This document shows positions 25,425 to 33,070 of a stretch of 63,683 nucleotides of DNA, one piece after another. The notes under the pieces were generated by a model. It worked only from the letters and a program-made list of their open reading frames with translations. It was not told where the DNA came from and did not search any database. Both the position numbers and the translations under genes were made by a program. The first letter of the stretch is position 1. Each line of letters starts with the position of its first letter. Location of the stretch: IMG/VR virus record IMGVR_UViG_3300045988_129598. One strand, given 5' to 3'. The stretch comes from a virus.

Positions 25425-27122
25425 TCAGCCAGCAGATTCGACGGACTCAATCGCCATAGCGGAGTACGGCTTAATCAGCGCACCGGAGAAACGGGTTTCA
25501 ATCAGATACTTCATGGCATTGAAATCGATGTCAAAGCCGTCGAACATCCTCACCGAACCGCCATTGTCAGCGCCTACATTGTAGTCGTTTAGGTTGACAA
25601 TTAGGCCGAGCAGATTATGCATTTCGACCTTGCCGCCATTGTTGACCTCACGGGACAGACCTTCCATCGTCGGAACAGTCACGATCTCCTTAACGCGCAG
25701 AACCGTCCTCAGCTTCTCCATCGTATCGTAAATCACGCGGCCGGTGGTGTCCTCAATCAGCAGCATGTCCGTCACAACATCCTCGGTCGTATAGAAAGTC
25801 GGATCGCCGGAACCACGATAGTTCTTGCGGCTCTTGATGATGGCGCGAATGGTCGCCTTGGCGCGATCGGAATCGGAAGCGTTCTGCGCAACCGTCACCG
25901 GAACTTTGATGGTAAACAGATCGGAATCCTTCCAGACAGGGCGGACATGATCCTCGGCGATCTTGTCGTCGCTGGAAGACAGACGGCCATCACCCGTCAG
26001 AATTGCACGGGCGCACTCCTCGTCGAGCATCATTCGCATCTCGATCTTGAGCCATGCGATTACATCAAAGTCGGTAATGTCCAGCACGTCGTCTCGATCC
26101 ATCTTCTGCTTCTTGTAGATGGTCGTCGGATCAGTCGTACGCTTCAGCAGGCTGAAGACTTCTTCCTTCTTAAACTTGCCTTTAATGTAGCCCTTCGCGC
26201 GAGCCTCATCCTCGGTCAGGTCGGCAAACATCGACTTGACACGAGAGAACGGAGTGCGATGAACGGCGTTCATAACCTTCGCCACCCAGTCATCCTTGCG
26301 CTTGATGAACTCAGGCGGGGTATTCAGGTTGTGCGGTTCCGGGAACAACATGCCGACATCCTCAATGCCATGTGCCAAAGCAGCTTCCTTGAGCGAACCG
26401 CAGCGCTTGCCATCGCCGAGAATTTCGGCAAACTCAGCATGAGTCGGGGTGTTTTTTGGGGTATCATTTTCAAAGACATTATGCTTCACTTCTTCGTCCT
26501 CCTTGTTGTCGTCGGCCCCGTCTTCTCCCTTGGAGTCCATAGCCTGACCGACCAAATAGTACACGACGTCCTTCTGTTCCTCATTGAGGGTATTGAAGAC
26601 ATCCTTAACCGTCTTTTCCTTATTGCTGTCTGCCATTTTCTTCTCTTCTTTTTCCGGCTCGTCGGCGTGCTCGAGCGAAATATCCATGTTCGTATAAATA
26701 AGCGCTTCGGTCGCTGCGTCCTCGCCGTGCTGAATGTCCATGTAGTCAATCAAAGCGCCAGGATTCGCACCAGCAAGCACAAGGCTGACTTCCTTAATCG
26801 ATCCATGGAGAACGTCGCCATGATCCTGCTTGAGACCATTGGCATAAATAGAAAGCGCACAAATATCGCCATGCCGGATCAGCTCCTTAGCATGGCGTGC
26901 ACTATCGGTGTTGTTGAACGTGCAGTAGGCGTACACACCTTCATCCTTATTTTGAAGGAGCGCGTGTCCGAGCACGTTTTCGGGGTTACTGTGGCTGTGC
27001 TGCCAAACCAGCGGAACAGTGTGGCCGTCATCACCTGCAAAAGCATTGCGTCGAATCGTTCGGCCATCACTGCATCGGAGGTCGTTCTTGGTTGCCCAGC
27101 CGCTAAAGTCGTATTTACTCAT
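25425..27122 (-). CDS. prohead protease (HK97/S78-like) - linker - major capsid protein fusion
   Basis: N-terminus VPLVWQHS...LSIYANG...IKEVSLVLAGANPGA gives the protease motifs. An acidic/Lys-rich linker and a capsid-sized C-terminal part follow. ATG at 27122 follows AAAGGAGA. Confidence 0.75.
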   Translation of the reverse strand: MSKYDFSGWATKNDLRCSDGRTIRRNAFAGDDGHTVPLVWQHSHSNPENVLGHALLQNKDEGVYAYCTFNNTDSARHAKELIRHGDICALSIYANGLKQDHGDVLHGSIKEVSLVLAGANPGALIDYMDIQHGEDAATEALIYTNMDISLEHADEPEKEEKKMADSNKEKTVKDVFNTLNEEQKDVVYYLVGQAMDSKGEDGADDNKEDEEVKHNVFENDTPKNTPTHAEFAEILGDGKRCGSLKEAALAHGIEDVGMLFPEPHNLNTPPEFIKRKDDWVAKVMNAVHRTPFSRVKSMFADLTEDEARAKGYIKGKFKKEEVFSLLKRTTDPTTIYKKQKMDRDDVLDITDFDVIAWLKIEMRMMLDEECARAILTGDGRLSSSDDKIAEDHVRPVWKDSDLFTIKVPVTVAQNASDSDRAKATIRAIIKSRKNYRGSGDPTFYTTEDVVTDMLLIEDTTGRVIYDTMEKLRTVLRVKEIVTVPTMEGLSREVNNGGKVEMHNLLGLIVNLNDYNVGADNGGSVRMFDGFDIDFNAMKYLIETRFSGALIKPYSAMAIESVESAG

Positions 27123-28359
27123 TGGGTCTCCTTTCTTGAGTTTGAATCTGTTCGTTTGCTTCTTCCTCAATCACCTGATCGGAAGCGTTGAGGTTTTTGT
27201 TGCGCAGCTTGTCCGCATCCGGGTCTTCCGAAGGCTTGAAGCCGATAATCTGCCGGATTTCATTCGAGCTGAGAATTGCATTGCGCGTGAGCTTGTCTGC
27301 CGTCTCCGCGATCTGATCCGCAGGCATGAGTTTGAATGGCTCACGGAAGAATGCAATAACCTGCCCTTGAGATCGGGCAGTTTTGGTCAGGAATTTTCGC
27401 TTCATCTCATCTGCAATCGCAGAAAGAATCGGCTCAATGGTTCGGTTATAGTAGTTAAGCATGGTCTTTTCATCGGCCGTTCCATCGAGAACCGTCGTTG
27501 TCATGCTCAACTGGCTATAAACCATGTTTGTCAGATACTCGATTTGACTCATCAGGTTATTCTCAAGCGAACGGTTGAGCTGAACGACTTTTTCCGTACC
27601 GTCCGTATAAGCGATTCCATACTTACTTCCAGCCAGCTGCATTTCGATGTCTTTTCGCCGCTGCTCCGCCTGAGCTTTGCGAGCCTCGGATTTTACGACG
27701 TAGGGCAGCTGAATAATTAGGTCCAGCTTTCCAGCGCCGTTCTGTTCATCGATCTGATCAAGTAGATTAAGCTTTCGAACAAGCCGCTGCATGGTTGAGT
27801 TGGGTTCATTCATCACGGCAAAGAATGGATTCTCGATAATGGCGACGGACTTTTTGGGGAGTATAATATCTTCCTTGATGCCTGTCTGTTCATTGTAAAG
27901 ATTCACTCTGACGTGCTGGGGGAACCAATCCACAATCTTGCCAACTCGCATCGAATTGACGTCAAATACATTGCTTCCGGTCTTCGTAATATCATTCGTG
28001 GTATCGACTGGAACAATCGCAACGCAGCCCTCGTCCAACATCGACTGAATCACATCCTGCATGAAAGCACGTCCTGTCTGGTCGATGTTGGCAGAAACGG
28101 TCAGACACTCATTCAGACCGCTTTTTCGGGCAAATAAAAAACGGCCATCGTCGTCGAGCTGTACATGCTCAAACAACGTGGCCGCCGCATCGATTGAAAT
28201 TCTGGTGTAGATGGCGGAGACAATCGATCGCTCATTGCCTCTCGTATATCGAGGTCGATCTGGTCGAGTTCCGCCGTAATACCCTCCGTATTGAACCTTC
28301 GGAGGGTCTTTGTTCAGGAATGCATTCCATCCATGCTGTAGTTTGTCTAAGAAGTTCAT
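27115..28359 (-). CDS. portal protein
   Basis: 414 aa between the terL region and the protease-capsid gene. ATGA-type overlap with the next gene. Confidence 0.7.
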   Translation of the reverse strand: MNFLDKLQHGWNAFLNKDPPKVQYGGYYGGTRPDRPRYTRGNERSIVSAIYTRISIDAAATLFEHVQLDDDGRFLFARKSGLNECLTVSANIDQTGRAFMQDVIQSMLDEGCVAIVPVDTTNDITKTGSNVFDVNSMRVGKIVDWFPQHVRVNLYNEQTGIKEDIILPKKSVAIIENPFFAVMNEPNSTMQRLVRKLNLLDQIDEQNGAGKLDLIIQLPYVVKSEARKAQAEQRRKDIEMQLAGSKYGIAYTDGTEKVVQLNRSLENNLMSQIEYLTNMVYSQLSMTTTVLDGTADEKTMLNYYNRTIEPILSAIADEMKRKFLTKTARSQGQVIAFFREPFKLMPADQIAETADKLTRNAILSSNEIRQIIGFKPSEDPDADKLRNKNLNASDQVIEEEANEQIQTQERRPNE

Positions 28360-28574
28360 TTATCTTTTTCGTCAGAGACAACTTCGATGCTGAGAATATC
28401 GGATTCGTCGAAATCAAAAACTCGCCCATCAGGAAAATCGACAACGATTGAGTTTTCACCGTTCTCGTTTTCATCCCCAGGACTGAAATAGTAGACGGAG
28501 CCAAAAAATTCTTCGCCATCAATCGTGACGATCCGAACGTTTTTTCCGTCATACTTCTCCAGATGCACAATCAA
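28356..28574 (-). CDS. small acidic protein (candidate immunity to the upstream toxin-like domain)
   Basis: 72 aa, very acidic (DGEEFF, GDENENGEN, FDFDESD, SDEKDK). Its start abuts the stop of gene 28575..29060. Confidence 0.55.
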   Translation of the reverse strand: MIVHLEKYDGKNVRIVTIDGEEFFGSVYYFSPGDENENGENSIVVDFPDGRVFDFDESDILSIEVVSDEKDK

Positions 28575-29060
28575 TCACTCCTTATTTCTCGCCGGAATAA
28601 TATGCGCTCCGGCTTTTCCATAATGGATGATTCCATATCGAGTCTTGGATTCCTGCCTGGTTTCTTCATCGACATATATTCCGAATACTCTGGAAGCTCT
28701 GACCCTTTCTTTGTTATTAAATTCGCCATGTCTATTCGTGAGTGCCTTCCCAGTTCCATATAGATCAGAAATCAGGGTCTGGCAGTCCTTAAGATTGCCC
28801 AGTATATAGCTCTTTCCCTCTTCGAAATTGTGACTGCCCTTTATATGCTTCGTCTGATTACTGACATTCACTTTAACCGAAATCTTTCCGGCTTCAAGGG
28901 CTTGCATTACCTCTGAATTGGGATTGCGTTTATGATGGGTTTCTCGATTATCCCTGCATCGTTCTCGGCCTTTAGCTGTAAGCGTTCCATCTGCATTTTG
29001 AAATCGGCGAACTCCCCACTTCATGCCTAGAATACCATGATGATAGAGTTCGTTTTCCAC
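28575..29060 (-). CDS. protein with polymorphic-toxin-type-50-like C-terminal domain
   Basis: GTG start after GAAGGTGA. C-terminus QTKHIKGSHNF..GKSYILG...LYGTGKAL...KERV...TRYGIIHYGKAGAHIIPAR matches the remembered PT50/Ntox50 pattern (..IIHYSKKGAHIVPARP). Confidence 0.6.
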   Translation of the reverse strand: MENELYHHGILGMKWGVRRFQNADGTLTAKGRERCRDNRETHHKRNPNSEVMQALEAGKISVKVNVSNQTKHIKGSHNFEEGKSYILGNLKDCQTLISDLYGTGKALTNRHGEFNNKERVRASRVFGIYVDEETRQESKTRYGIIHYGKAGAHIIPARNKE

Positions 29061-29073
29061 TTCTTCACCTTCT
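28987..29073. repeat. 87-nt direct repeat (copy 1) flanking terL
   Basis: 85 of 87 nt identical to 31348..31434. Encodes the shared N-terminus VENELYHHGILGMKWGVRRFQNADG plus the RBS. Confidence 0.9.
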
Positions 29074-30825
29074 TTATTCAAAAGAATCCTTATTTGCTTT
29101 ATAGGCCACATAAGCATCTATAAGAGCTGCCACAACGTCAATCTTAGCCTCGTGGCGCTTCTTCATCAGCTTTCGGTTGCCATTCGTGTCCTCAAGGGTA
29201 ATTGCGTTTCCCAAACAAAATGTCGTGATTCCCTGATCAAAGATGAGCAGTCTCTCCTCGGCAAACAACTTAATCTCCCCAAGCGGAACAGTCTCTGTCT
29301 TCGCGCCCTGAATGACCTTCTCGATGCCGTAAACACCATTCTCTCTGGCCCAGCGTTCAACAAACTCCTTCGCATTGTACGGGTCGTAACCAAACGCTCG
29401 AACGTCATAAGCCACTTCATTTGTCAGCCATTGATCAAGATCGTCGTATACGGCTTCCATGGTAATAACCGTCCCCTCAAGAACAATCAGGCTGCCATCC
29501 TCGATGAATTGATCATACTTAAACCTCAATGCACTCGGCAGCTTCGCAAGTGTAATTGAACTGATGTAGCATCTGGCCTTCACACCAAAAGCGCCGCCGC
29601 GCAGCGGAAACAGAAATGTAAAAGCGCAGAAGTCATCACCCTGCGAAAGATCAGCGCCCATCGCGCACGGCATGCCGTCAAAGCTCTGATGCGGATGCGG
29701 TATCGTTTCCTCGTATGTGAAGAAGTAGGTATATCCCTCCATCGGGATACCGAATCGCTTGGCGAGAATATCATTTCGGGTTGCAGGGGCTTTTTCCGCT
29801 CTCTCTACATCCAGCTGGTAGGTCTCGTAAGTTACGGTCTTTCCAATGTTGGGATTCGCTTTCATCCACATTGCCGGGTTGGAGACTTCTTTTACATCAT
29901 CGAGTCGGTAATACCAGATTGACACACCCGGGTTATAATACTCTCCTTTGAGAATACTCAACAGTTCCATTTTGATTGTGTCGCCGCTGCCGTTACGCAC
30001 TGTACCCTCAGAACTTGTTGCAATAATCAAGTAGTCGTCCAGTTTACTCGCACCCTGCTCAATCGCGCCAACAACGTCCTCTCGGACATCGCCACTCAGC
30101 CATTCATCAACAGTTGACACCTTAGGTCGATAGCCTTGAAGCTTGTCAATGTCCATTGGCAGAACCTCAAGAACTGAGTTGGTCAGAAAGTTCTCAATAC
30201 CTTTCTTGGTCGAAGCCAACTTGACACGATTGGCCTTTGAGCCTGTCGTGTTCTGAAGACTGCCTTCCGTCAAAAACTTGAACATCGGCCCTCTGGCACG
30301 AGTAATAGCCGACTTGAACGGCTTGAGAATTTCCTCCGCCTGTCTCATCGTGGGTGCTGTCGCAATCTGACTAGTCGTCGAATTGTTTGCCGTCAACGAA
30401 TACGACTGATGACAGGTATCGTAAAGCGTTTTTGCCGCGCCTCGTCCGACGATAAGATACTGCTTCTTTGTCAGGCGCCTTTTGATAAGCTTATGAACAT
30501 ATTGTCCGCCATGCCCATCAGGATTTGGCTCATAGACTTCCCGCTCAACATAGTAATACCAGCAGAAAACCTGCTCTGCCCATAGCTTGAAGCTGTCGAG
30601 CATGTGAAAGTCCGAACCGTCTGTCAGCACCAACTCGTTTTCGCAAAAGTCAATAAAATGCTCTACGGGCAGCGGGTCGTAATAAATTCCCGGATTCGCA
30701 ATCAGCGCGTCGATTCGGTTCATCTCCATTGAAATTGTCTGACAGACTGGAATTTCACCTCGAAGAACCGCATCCCGAAACAGACCATAATACTTAGGAA
30801 CAGCGGTGTTGGAAAGCCTACTCAA
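29074..30825 (-). CDS. terL: terminase large subunit
   Basis: 583 aa. Walker A context YLIVGRGAAKT, with a nuclease-sized C-terminal half. TTG start per the track (TTGA overlap with the upstream stop). Confidence 0.85.
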   Translation of the reverse strand: MSRLSNTAVPKYYGLFRDAVLRGEIPVCQTISMEMNRIDALIANPGIYYDPLPVEHFIDFCENELVLTDGSDFHMLDSFKLWAEQVFCWYYYVEREVYEPNPDGHGGQYVHKLIKRRLTKKQYLIVGRGAAKTLYDTCHQSYSLTANNSTTSQIATAPTMRQAEEILKPFKSAITRARGPMFKFLTEGSLQNTTGSKANRVKLASTKKGIENFLTNSVLEVLPMDIDKLQGYRPKVSTVDEWLSGDVREDVVGAIEQGASKLDDYLIIATSSEGTVRNGSGDTIKMELLSILKGEYYNPGVSIWYYRLDDVKEVSNPAMWMKANPNIGKTVTYETYQLDVERAEKAPATRNDILAKRFGIPMEGYTYFFTYEETIPHPHQSFDGMPCAMGADLSQGDDFCAFTFLFPLRGGAFGVKARCYISSITLAKLPSALRFKYDQFIEDGSLIVLEGTVITMEAVYDDLDQWLTNEVAYDVRAFGYDPYNAKEFVERWARENGVYGIEKVIQGAKTETVPLGEIKLFAEERLLIFDQGITTFCLGNAITLEDTNGNRKLMKKRHEAKIDVVAALIDAYVAYKANKDSFE

Positions 30826-31421
30826 ATATAACCAGACCGATTAAGCATCGATCGTCCTTTCAGCCATGCGTCATATCGAGCCTGCTCTCTCTGAGCCTCT
30901 CGTTCCTCATTCTGCTTGGCGTCGTAAGCCGAAGTAAGGGTATAGGCGGCCGTCTCTTTTTTGATTCGGTCATTATAGAGCTGTAAATCTTTGGAGCTCA
31001 TTCGCTTCGGGTCGGCATGGGAATCGATCAAGTCCCTCGCTCGCTTGTCATCTGCTTTGGTTTTCTCCTTAGCCTGCTCTTCTTTGAAGTTATCGACTAT
31101 TCGGGAAACCAACCACTTCCCACTTGCCTCTATTGCGCCTAGAACGGCTTTTTTCCCAGCCTGAACAAGTCGATTGGGCTTTGGGGCAGTTAGCTGCTTG
31201 TATAGCTGCTCATTTCTCAATCGGTTGATTGTATCCTGAAGCTCTTTGTCTGACATCTCGGAAACTTTCTTTTTTCGAGGCGCATCGGCAGAGCCTGTAC
31301 TCGTTCCCGAATCTCTATACCGAGACTTTCCGGCTTCAGTCAGACTTCCATCCGCATTTTGAAATCGGCGAACGCCCCACTTCATGCCTAGAATACCATG
31401 ATGATAGAGTTCGTTTTCCAC
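30822..31421 (-). CDS. paralogue of 28575..29060 N-terminus with unrelated charged helical C-terminus
   Basis: GTG start. The first ~29 aa are identical except one residue to gene 28575..29060. The remainder is Lys/Glu-rich. Confidence 0.6.
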   Translation of the reverse strand: MENELYHHGILGMKWGVRRFQNADGSLTEAGKSRYRDSGTSTGSADAPRKKKVSEMSDKELQDTINRLRNEQLYKQLTAPKPNRLVQAGKKAVLGAIEASGKWLVSRIVDNFKEEQAKEKTKADDKRARDLIDSHADPKRMSSKDLQLYNDRIKKETAAYTLTSAYDAKQNEEREAQREQARYDAWLKGRSMLNRSGYI

Positions 31422-31434
31422 TTCTTCACCTTCT
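31348..31434. repeat. 87-nt direct repeat (copy 2)
   Basis: See 28987..29073. Confidence 0.9.
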
Positions 31435-31439
31435 CTCGT

Positions 31440-31748
31440 TTAATACTCCTTTTGGCAATGCCTATATAGTCGCCAAGCGCTCTCGTCGATCTGTTTATTG
31501 AGTGCATCCAAAACATATGAACTCGACGGCGGGTCGAAAAGTTTCTGAGTACGCAAAGAAATATACTCCTTGCTGCCCTCGACGACGAACGGGTCTTCCG
31601 ACCATTCGCTCCATACAGCGCCGGAATCGTGAATTCGGAACGGAACCTCCGGTCCAACACCCATATCTTGCAGCGTGGCGAATGCTCCATTGATGTATGT
31701 AATGATCCTTAAATCGAATGATCTATCCTCGGCCACCACGCCGACCAT
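31440..31748 (-). CDS. hypothetical protein (packaging/head module)
   Basis: 102-aa ORF between HNH and terL. Function not recognised. Confidence 0.55.
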   Translation of the reverse strand: MVGVVAEDRSFDLRIITYINGAFATLQDMGVGPEVPFRIHDSGAVWSEWSEDPFVVEGSKEYISLRTQKLFDPPSSSYVLDALNKQIDESAWRLYRHCQKEY

Positions 31749-31793
31749 CTGTTTAATGTAATCGAGAATACTATCTATGGAAACTCACCATCC

Positions 31794-32201
31794 CTACCAT
31801 AATTTTGTGTCGCCCGGTGTCCGCTCAATCGGAGGTAAAATTAAAAGCGACTCATCGCCATAATGAATCGCTTTGTGGGTTCTGTCCGAGACACAGATCA
31901 GATACTCGGGGTCATAAATCCAGTCTCGGTCTTCAAGAATATCATCAAGCGTAATCGGATTCATATGATGGATCACTAGACCTTTTCCAATTTCGCGGTC
32001 CTCCATTCCAAGATCGCACCCCTTATCCCGTAATATCACTTTGCTTCGCGCTGACTGCCATTGTTTCGACTGATAGAACGTCTGATTGAAATGCCGGTTA
32101 AAGCCAAACATTGCCGCTCCAACTTGTCCGGCCAGTTTCAAATATTGATAACGTTCCTCGAATGTCTCCAATCTCCGAAGTTCTCTATAGCATCGAATCA
32201 T
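31794..32201 (-). CDS. HNH endonuclease (terminase-associated type)
   Basis: CDLGMEDREIGKGLVIHHMNPIT...THKAIHYG gives the H-N-H core. Position next to the packaging genes. Confidence 0.8.
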   Translation of the reverse strand: MIRCYRELRRLETFEERYQYLKLAGQVGAAMFGFNRHFNQTFYQSKQWQSARSKVILRDKGCDLGMEDREIGKGLVIHHMNPITLDDILEDRDWIYDPEYLICVSDRTHKAIHYGDESLLILPPIERTPGDTKLW

Positions 32202-32551
32202 CGACCGTCGTCTCCGATTTCGTCAACCACACAGGCACCCGAAATATCAGCATAACTCTGGAATGCCTTGATAGCGTTTGCGTAAAGCTCCTCCGTCCTC
32301 CTCTGAGACTCGAGCGCCTCCGTCTTCGCCCTAAGCATCGCATTCTCGCTAATCAGGCGATCTCTCTCAAGCTGTTCTCTTGTCGATCCCAGCTTCAAGT
32401 AGAACGATATCACCTGAGAGGAAGCTGTCCCCTCTCTTAGTTGGCGTTCTGCCAAGTCAACCGCAAGATCGATCAACTCGTTCTCACGCTGCTCTGGTGT
32501 AAGAGCAGGTGGTCGCGCACGTGCCACCGGTTTGCTAACTCTTTCTGACAC
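32198..32551 (-). CDS. hypothetical; candidate small terminase subunit
   Basis: 117 aa, first gene after the candidate cos region, coiled-coil C-terminus. Assignment is by position only. Confidence 0.4.
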   Translation of the reverse strand: MSERVSKPVARARPPALTPEQRENELIDLAVDLAERQLREGTASSQVISFYLKLGSTREQLERDRLISENAMLRAKTEALESQRRTEELYANAIKAFQSYADISGACVVDEIGDDGR

Positions 32552-32797
32552 TTTCGGTTCCCTCTTTCTATGTTAAATATCACTTTAAGAGGGCTTTGCT
32601 TGAGATACCGACCAGCTTCCTCCGTCCCTGAAAGGAGAGAAACCACGAACGGCTCTACCACGAGCATGAACTCTGGCCAGTATCTCGAGCAAAACCCTCC
32701 GGCAAAATATCCACCGGAGAATTTTTAAAGAGACGGGCGATTTGAGAGGGGGTGCTGTTTTTGGAGACCCCTCCCCCCTGTCGCTCATGGGAATGTT
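32552..32797 (-). other. 246-nt GC-rich non-coding region: candidate cos/pac site or structured RNA
   Basis: No ORF. G/C runs (CCCCTCCCCCCTG). 18-nt long-range pairing GCUCGAGAUACUGGCCAG / CUGGUCGGUAUCUCAAGC with 17 pairs, 2 of them G-U, in minus sense only. Confidence 0.45.
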
Positions 32798-33055
32798 TTA
32801 GACTTCCCGGACCACTCTCTTGTAATTGTCGGTGGGATCGAGCTCAAGAATCCATCGAATTGCTTCATCAAGATCACTTTCTTGATCCGCTTGACTGAGT
32901 TCTTGAGATGTAACAAGATGACGATCAATAAGCTGGCAAGTATTGTAGCCATGATCTTCATCAAAGCGAATCCAATCATCGAATTGCGTAAATGGATCAA
33001 ATGGATTGTCTTTAGTTGTTACCCAAACTTCTTTTGTTTTTGTAATTTCCGCCAT
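32798..33055 (-). CDS. hypothetical acidic protein
   Basis: 85-aa ORF with a good ATG context after gene 33071..35881. Confidence 0.55.
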   Translation of the reverse strand: MAEITKTKEVWVTTKDNPFDPFTQFDDWIRFDEDHGYNTCQLIDRHLVTSQELSQADQESDLDEAIRWILELDPTDNYKRVVREV

Positions 33056-33070
33056 CTTGAGCTCCTTTCT

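Noticed and set aside
25617-27191. A 524-aa plus-strand ORF, and many other long plus-strand ORFs (for example 1588-2220, 9498-10262, 27019-27720, 37320-38033, 39156-39836, 57389-58171, 58223-58876).
   Set aside because: Each lies antisense to a minus-strand gene with clear motifs or an RBS. They lack RBSs and have low-complexity, Arg/Leu/Ser-rich composition, so they are shadow ORFs.
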